The position numbers were made by a program, and so were the translations under genes. The notes below the pieces were generated by a model. It had not been told where the DNA came from. It made no database searches and saw only the letters and a list, made by a program, of their open reading frames with translations. Below, piece by piece: positions 37,240 through 41,386 of a stretch of DNA of 41,386 nucleotides (position 1 is its first letter; each line of letters starts with the position of its first letter). This DNA comes from a virus (taxonomy: Duplodnaviria > Caudoviricetes), in IMG/VR virus record IMGVR_UViG_3300009149_000091, positions 1-41,386 of that record; one strand, 5' to 3'.

Positions 37240-38961
37240 TTTCGACAATCTCCCCAAAACAGTTTGTTTTTTACCTTGATATTCATCATGTTTCTTTATT
37301 TCAGCGGTTACAGAAATAAAATCCCCCACTTCAATATCATTACTTGGTGTTTCAGCAAAAACAACATCATCTTCACCTTCTACGTTTTCTGTAGATATTT
37401 CTCTTTTTTTCACAATGTATTTTGGTGAAATAGTTCCAAATTTAGTATAAACATTTCCTTCTTGATCTTTCAATTTATAAACATTTGACCAACCCCATTG
37501 AGTTTCAAACCCACCAATATGAACAATTTCAAGATTTTCAATTTTTGTTTTTTCACCAACAACACCAACCCATTCAGATGGTTTAACTTCTACTTTTTTC
37601 TCAGCATTTAATTTTTCCTCTTCTGCTTTTCTTTTCATTTCTTCAGCGTATAATCTACCAAAATAGAAAGAACAGCCACCTGTAATATAATTTATTAGAT
37701 GTTTTTTTACAGTGTTTCCTTTTATCATATTACTCACATTAAACAAAAAGTTATTATCTCCTCTATTCTCTTCAATAAAGTCGTAAAATTTCTGAATATA
37801 TGGATTGTCATCAGAAATAGTTTTTAATCTTGAATCGTATTCACTCACAAATTCTTGCCATTGTTCCATATTCTCTTGTTCATATTTTCCACTATTTTCA
37901 GGTGGTGAATATGCATAATCAACATCATCTCTAACAGAATCACCAGTTGATTGTTTAGATCCACTTTTATCGGAATAATAATAATCTTCAGGATCGGATG
38001 ATGGGTTATTTTTTAACCATTCTTCTCTTTTTTTAGAATTTATTTTTTCCGCCGATGCTCTTGAAATATAACCTCTATTGTTATACCACCAAATATAGTA
38101 TTTAACTATTTCATTAACGGAAATATAAGTTTCAACAAAACTACCATATCCACCCTCACCACCAAATTCCCAATCATCACCACCACCATTATCACCCCAA
38201 GATTCACCTAAAAATGAAATATCTGTTAAATATGTTAATACTTTTTCATAATCATAACCCAAATAGTTTTTTATACAAGTACCACCAACTTTTATAATTG
38301 AACCATCTTTAATTTTCTTGATAAAAACTATTTTATTACGATAAATTCTTTTATGACAATGATCACAATCTGAATTTCCACTCATATCACCAACTAATTC
38401 AATTGGAACCTGTTGACCGGGTGCAGCTTTCAATAAATTATCTTTATAATCAATAGTACCAAGGATAATCCATTCATCTTCAGGTTTAATTACGGTAGCC
38501 ATAGTAAGATCGTATACTTCAACATCTTTTGATGTTAATTGCCATTTATCACTTACATTTAGACTGTTTTTAATTTTCTCAACTTCTGAAAAATTATCAG
38601 TAAAATTTTTATCATTAGAAAATTTACCATGATAATAAGAAAAACCATTTTGGCCAAAATGTACAAGACTGTAATACTTTTTAGTTTCGATAGGTTTTAA
38701 AACAGGAACTGGAATTTTGATAAATTTTGAAATTCTAGTAATTTTTTTGATAATTTTATCAAATGTGGATTTTTTATTACCAGTTTTAGATATAACATCT
38801 GTACCAACGGGCACTTCAATTCTATTAGTTTCTAAAGTATAGAATAATTTGATATCTTTTGGATCTTTTTCGGTTTCTATTTGATTTTCTGGGGTTTCTG
38901 GAGTTTCTTCTGTTGTTGAGGTTTCCAAAAAAGTTTGATAATCATTTACGATTTTTTCCAT
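37234..38961 (-). CDS. Hypothetical protein with Zn-binding motif and C-terminal OB-fold-like domain
   Basis: CDHC...VGGTC; C-terminal VTAEIKKHDEYQGKKQTVL; start moved to ATG 38961, which removes the overlap with the upstream gene and follows TAATTTTG at 38982..38989. Confidence 0.7.
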   Translation of the reverse strand: MEKIVNDYQTFLETSTTEETPETPENQIETEKDPKDIKLFYTLETNRIEVPVGTDVISKTGNKKSTFDKIIKKITRISKFIKIPVPVLKPIETKKYYSLVHFGQNGFSYYHGKFSNDKNFTDNFSEVEKIKNSLNVSDKWQLTSKDVEVYDLTMATVIKPEDEWIILGTIDYKDNLLKAAPGQQVPIELVGDMSGNSDCDHCHKRIYRNKIVFIKKIKDGSIIKVGGTCIKNYLGYDYEKVLTYLTDISFLGESWGDNGGGDDWEFGGEGGYGSFVETYISVNEIVKYYIWWYNNRGYISRASAEKINSKKREEWLKNNPSSDPEDYYYSDKSGSKQSTGDSVRDDVDYAYSPPENSGKYEQENMEQWQEFVSEYDSRLKTISDDNPYIQKFYDFIEENRGDNNFLFNVSNMIKGNTVKKHLINYITGGCSFYFGRLYAEEMKRKAEEEKLNAEKKVEVKPSEWVGVVGEKTKIENLEIVHIGGFETQWGWSNVYKLKDQEGNVYTKFGTISPKYIVKKREISTENVEGEDDVVFAETPSNDIEVGDFISVTAEIKKHDEYQGKKQTVLGRLSKL

Positions 38962-39014
38962 CTGATTTGATTTTGATAATACAAAATTACTATATTTATC
39001 CCACATAAAAAAAT

Positions 39015-39434
39015 TTATTGATTTATATATTTTAATTTGTTTAAACCGTAGTATATATCCACTATACGACACTTTAACACCGCTTGTGATTGTTGAGCAC
39101 TCCAAGCTATTGTACCGGGTTTCTTAATAAAGGCTGTTACCCATATAATATCACCTCTTTTGACTTCTTTTGTTTGAAAATCTGTTGAAAAAACAGGACC
39201 ACCACTAATGGCTTCTTCCATTTTTTTAATTTTCTTATCATCAGTTATAACACCAGTTATATTAATAATTTCAATAGGTCCTTTAATTTTTTCAACACTA
39301 CCATCATCCAATTCTTGAAGAGCAATAATATCATCTGACAAAGGTTCAAATTCCTTATCTTTTTTAAATTTTTTCACCTTTTTATCTTTGAAATCGGAAA
39401 ATTTCGTGGTTAAATTTTTCTTTTCTTTACTCAT
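39015..39434 (-). CDS. Hypothetical protein (partial leader KFSDF)
   Basis: 139-aa ORF in the late-type operon. Confidence 0.7.
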   Translation of the reverse strand: MSKEKKNLTTKFSDFKDKKVKKFKKDKEFEPLSDDIIALQELDDGSVEKIKGPIEIINITGVITDDKKIKKMEEAISGGPVFSTDFQTKEVKRGDIIWVTAFIKKPGTIAWSAQQSQAVLKCRIVDIYYGLNKLKYINQ

Positions 39435-39446
39435 TCTAATTTTTAC

Positions 39447-39806
39447 CTATTTTTTAATTGATAAATTACTTGCTTTGATGTCAATGTCTTTAAATTTCTT
39501 TGATAATTTTTTTCTAATTTTATTTATTTTCTTTTTATCTGGATTTTTTTCTTTCTTTTCTTTTTTTTGTGCAAAATAAGGGTCTTCCACTTTAATTTCT
39601 TCTGTTCCAAGAACTTCTTTATCGGGTTTCGAATAATCACTACCAACTGGTGTAATTGATAAAATATTACTACCACCATATTTCCCACTTGCAATTTTTG
39701 TAGGCATTCTATCATCTTGATGAATACCACCACTACCACTACCATAACCAACATCACGATAATCTTCCTTAATAAATTCACTATATGTTAATATATTCTT
39801 CATCAT
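39447..39806 (-). CDS. Basic-tailed hypothetical protein with CTS-like leader
   Basis: MKNILTYSEFIKE; Lys-rich C-terminus; TTAATATATA on the minus strand at 39830..39839. Confidence 0.7.
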   Translation of the reverse strand: MMKNILTYSEFIKEDYRDVGYGSGSGGIHQDDRMPTKIASGKYGGSNILSITPVGSDYSKPDKEVLGTEEIKVEDPYFAQKKEKKEKNPDKKKINKIRKKLSKKFKDIDIKASNLSIKK

Positions 39807-40398
39807 TTAATTTTATCGAGTCTTTTTTGTATATATTAATTATTTTTATCTGTTTACTATTAAAAACAATCCAATCATATCTTTTATCAGAAGCCCACTC
39901 AATTTCATTTAAATATTGAATTGAATCATATCCTTCTTTAATTAAATGTTTTTTATAACCCAATGCCAACTTCTTTTTATTAATTATTCTATTTTTATCG
40001 ACCCATAAACATGTACTAATTGTTCCATCATCACCAGATGAATAATATTTCATTTTTGTTAATCTTGTTACATCCACTTTACTTGAATCAAAAAAATTAT
40101 TATTACTGCCCCAAATTAACATATCTCTAACTAAGTCACCTTCAATTATTTTTAATGTTTTATTTATTTTTAATTCAATTGTATAAACAACATAATTTGG
40201 TGGTTTTGTGAACAACCTATCAGCTAATTCATAATCAGGTGTGAAATGATAACCTAAGTAACTTAATATATGTTGATCTTCGCCAAGAGTCTTGGGTGAA
40301 AAATTATCAAATAATGTTCCCGAACCATGGTATAGTGGGTATATCTTTCTTCCTAATTTTTCATTTATAAAATTATTATAGAGTAATAGATGGTTCAT
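39781..40398 (-). CDS. ADP-ribosyltransferase-like protein (polyvalent-protein ART type) with CTS-like leader
   Basis: MNHLLLYNNFINE leader; YHGS...F..F...GYHFTPD...A...GYDSI.Y.N..E...IVFNSKQIK. Confidence 0.6.
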   Translation of the reverse strand: MNHLLLYNNFINEKLGRKIYPLYHGSGTLFDNFSPKTLGEDQHILSYLGYHFTPDYELADRLFTKPPNYVVYTIELKINKTLKIIEGDLVRDMLIWGSNNNFFDSSKVDVTRLTKMKYYSSGDDGTISTCLWVDKNRIINKKKLALGYKKHLIKEGYDSIQYLNEIEWASDKRYDWIVFNSKQIKIINIYKKDSIKLNDEEYINI

Positions 40399-41092
40399 TC
40401 TTCTTCGGCTTTATTTTAACATAGAAAGAAATAATATCTTCCGAATCATCTATATAAGATTCCACTTTTTTAACCCAAGAAAATTTACTACACCAATCAG
40501 AAAAATATTTTTCCAAATCTTTTTCTTTTATTTGATCTTTTGGTATCATTTTTCTAAGTCTTTGGATTGTTAATATTGTAATACCTTTATTTGGAATATC
40601 AGGGAATAAATTTTTCAAATCTTTTTTAACATCATGTAATATTTTCAAAGTTCTTGTATTAGTTGTATTTAAAACCCCATTTATTAATACTAAACATTTA
40701 TATGACTTTATAGTTCTTAATTCTCTGTCTTTTATTTCAAATTGACCAGTTTTATAAATAATATCAGTCATATCATTATAAAAACCAAATTCTAAAATAC
40801 CATTCCTGATACCAAAATAAAATGATAATCTTTCATCTTTTATTTTTTCATATGTTCTAAAAGTATTTCCGTTGGATTCTTTAAATTCAAAATTATCCAA
40901 TACATCTATTTGGTTTTTAATTATTTCTGTTCTGAAGAAATATTCGAAATTCCCAACATTTAAATAATCACCAGTTTTGATGAATGTAAATTTCAGTTCA
41001 TCTAATGAATGTAAAAACATATAAAAACCGAAACGGCCATCAACTGGTGCATTCTGATTTTCTTTAATGTATGTTAAGTAATTTTTTATCAT
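40376..41092 (-). CDS. Hypothetical protein with CTS-like leader
   Basis: MIKNYLTYIKE; TTAATATATA on the minus strand at 41100..41109. Confidence 0.7.
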   Translation of the reverse strand: MIKNYLTYIKENQNAPVDGRFGFYMFLHSLDELKFTFIKTGDYLNVGNFEYFFRTEIIKNQIDVLDNFEFKESNGNTFRTYEKIKDERLSFYFGIRNGILEFGFYNDMTDIIYKTGQFEIKDRELRTIKSYKCLVLINGVLNTTNTRTLKILHDVKKDLKNLFPDIPNKGITILTIQRLRKMIPKDQIKEKDLEKYFSDWCSKFSWVKKVESYIDDSEDIISFYVKIKPKKNEPSITL

Positions 41093-41118
41093 ATGTATCT
41101 ATATATTAATTTACAAAA

Positions 41119-41385
41119 TTAGTTATGTCGTTTCCATTTATAACTATAATTAATATCTGGTTTTTTATATATTCCAATTCTATATTCCTCCTCTTCACCG
41201 GGATGGAACTGATCTTCTGTTAAATCTATAATATATTTATTTATTTCAACCCACCAATGTTTATGTGGAAGTCCATTTGCACTATTATCATTTTTTTCAC
41301 GATATGTTAAATATTTTTCTTGATCTTTCCAATCCCAATCATCCATATCTGGTGAATAGTCATCATCAGCATTATAATAATAACC
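41119..41385 (-). CDS. C-terminal part of a protein running off the window; possible transglutaminase/papain-like fold
   Basis: The frame stays open upstream of the ORF-track ATG to the window edge (GYYYNADDDYSPDM...); HWWVE...IIDLT.DQF. Confidence 0.5.
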   Translation of the reverse strand, partial: GYYYNADDDYSPDMDDWDWKDQEKYLTYREKNDNSANGLPHKHWWVEINKYIIDLTEDQFHPGEEEEYRIGIYKKPDINYSYKWKRHN

Positions 41386-41386
41386 A

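Noticed and set aside
38962-39105. N-terminal 48 aa of the 623-aa ORF-track entry
   Set aside because: It overlaps the upstream gene and contains the promoter element, so ATG 38961 is the better start.
780-39781. Overlapping or antisense ORF-track entries (for example 780..1358, 4294..4617, 6344..6697, 21892..22170, 22203..22484, 24936..25280, 33076..33321, 39524..39781)
   Set aside because: They are nested in or opposite well-supported genes, have compositions typical of shadow frames, and have no promoter or motif support.
41114-41121. TAATTTTG on the minus strand as an early promoter for 40376..41092
   Set aside because: It lacks the upstream T-tract seen at the other six sites, and a late-type motif lies closer to the start; left unassigned.
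1-41386. Stop-codon reassignment as in some large Bacteroidota phages
   Set aside because: Core genes are full length in code 11, coding density is high, and TAG/TGA act as normal stops (for example 35329..35331 and 16908..16910).

Overview
This very AT-rich, gene-dense window in the standard genetic code comes from a large T4-like (jumbo/huge-type) phage. It holds the head module: gp55-like late sigma, gp4 head-completion nuclease, gp2-like protein, gp20 portal, a gp21 protease fused to a repetitive scaffold, and gp23 major capsid. It also holds replication genes (primase, probable clamp, RNase H-type exonuclease, RuvC-like resolvase) and many host-like accessory genes: IF-3, a PAS hybrid histidine kinase, M16 and SprT proteases, a MazG-NadD fusion, YqeY, a TMEM65-like protein and a T9SS-CTD protein. 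Two promoter classes can be read from the DNA. A TAnnTTTG element, the Bacteroidota primary-sigma -7 box, points to a Bacteroidota host. A (T/A)AATATATA element sits before structural genes and is the presumed late promoter. The strongest novel signal is a set of about 10 unrelated late proteins, including a kinase-like and two ADP-ribosyltransferase-like proteins. They share an N-terminal [YF]xx[FY][IL]xE leader resembling the T4 capsid-targeting sequence, and the same 7-mer pattern forms the core of the 14-residue scaffold repeat, which suggests a capsid cargo-loading system. A second signal is a 199-aa internally deleted mini-paralog of the major capsid protein. All family calls come from motif recognition by eye; no searches were run.
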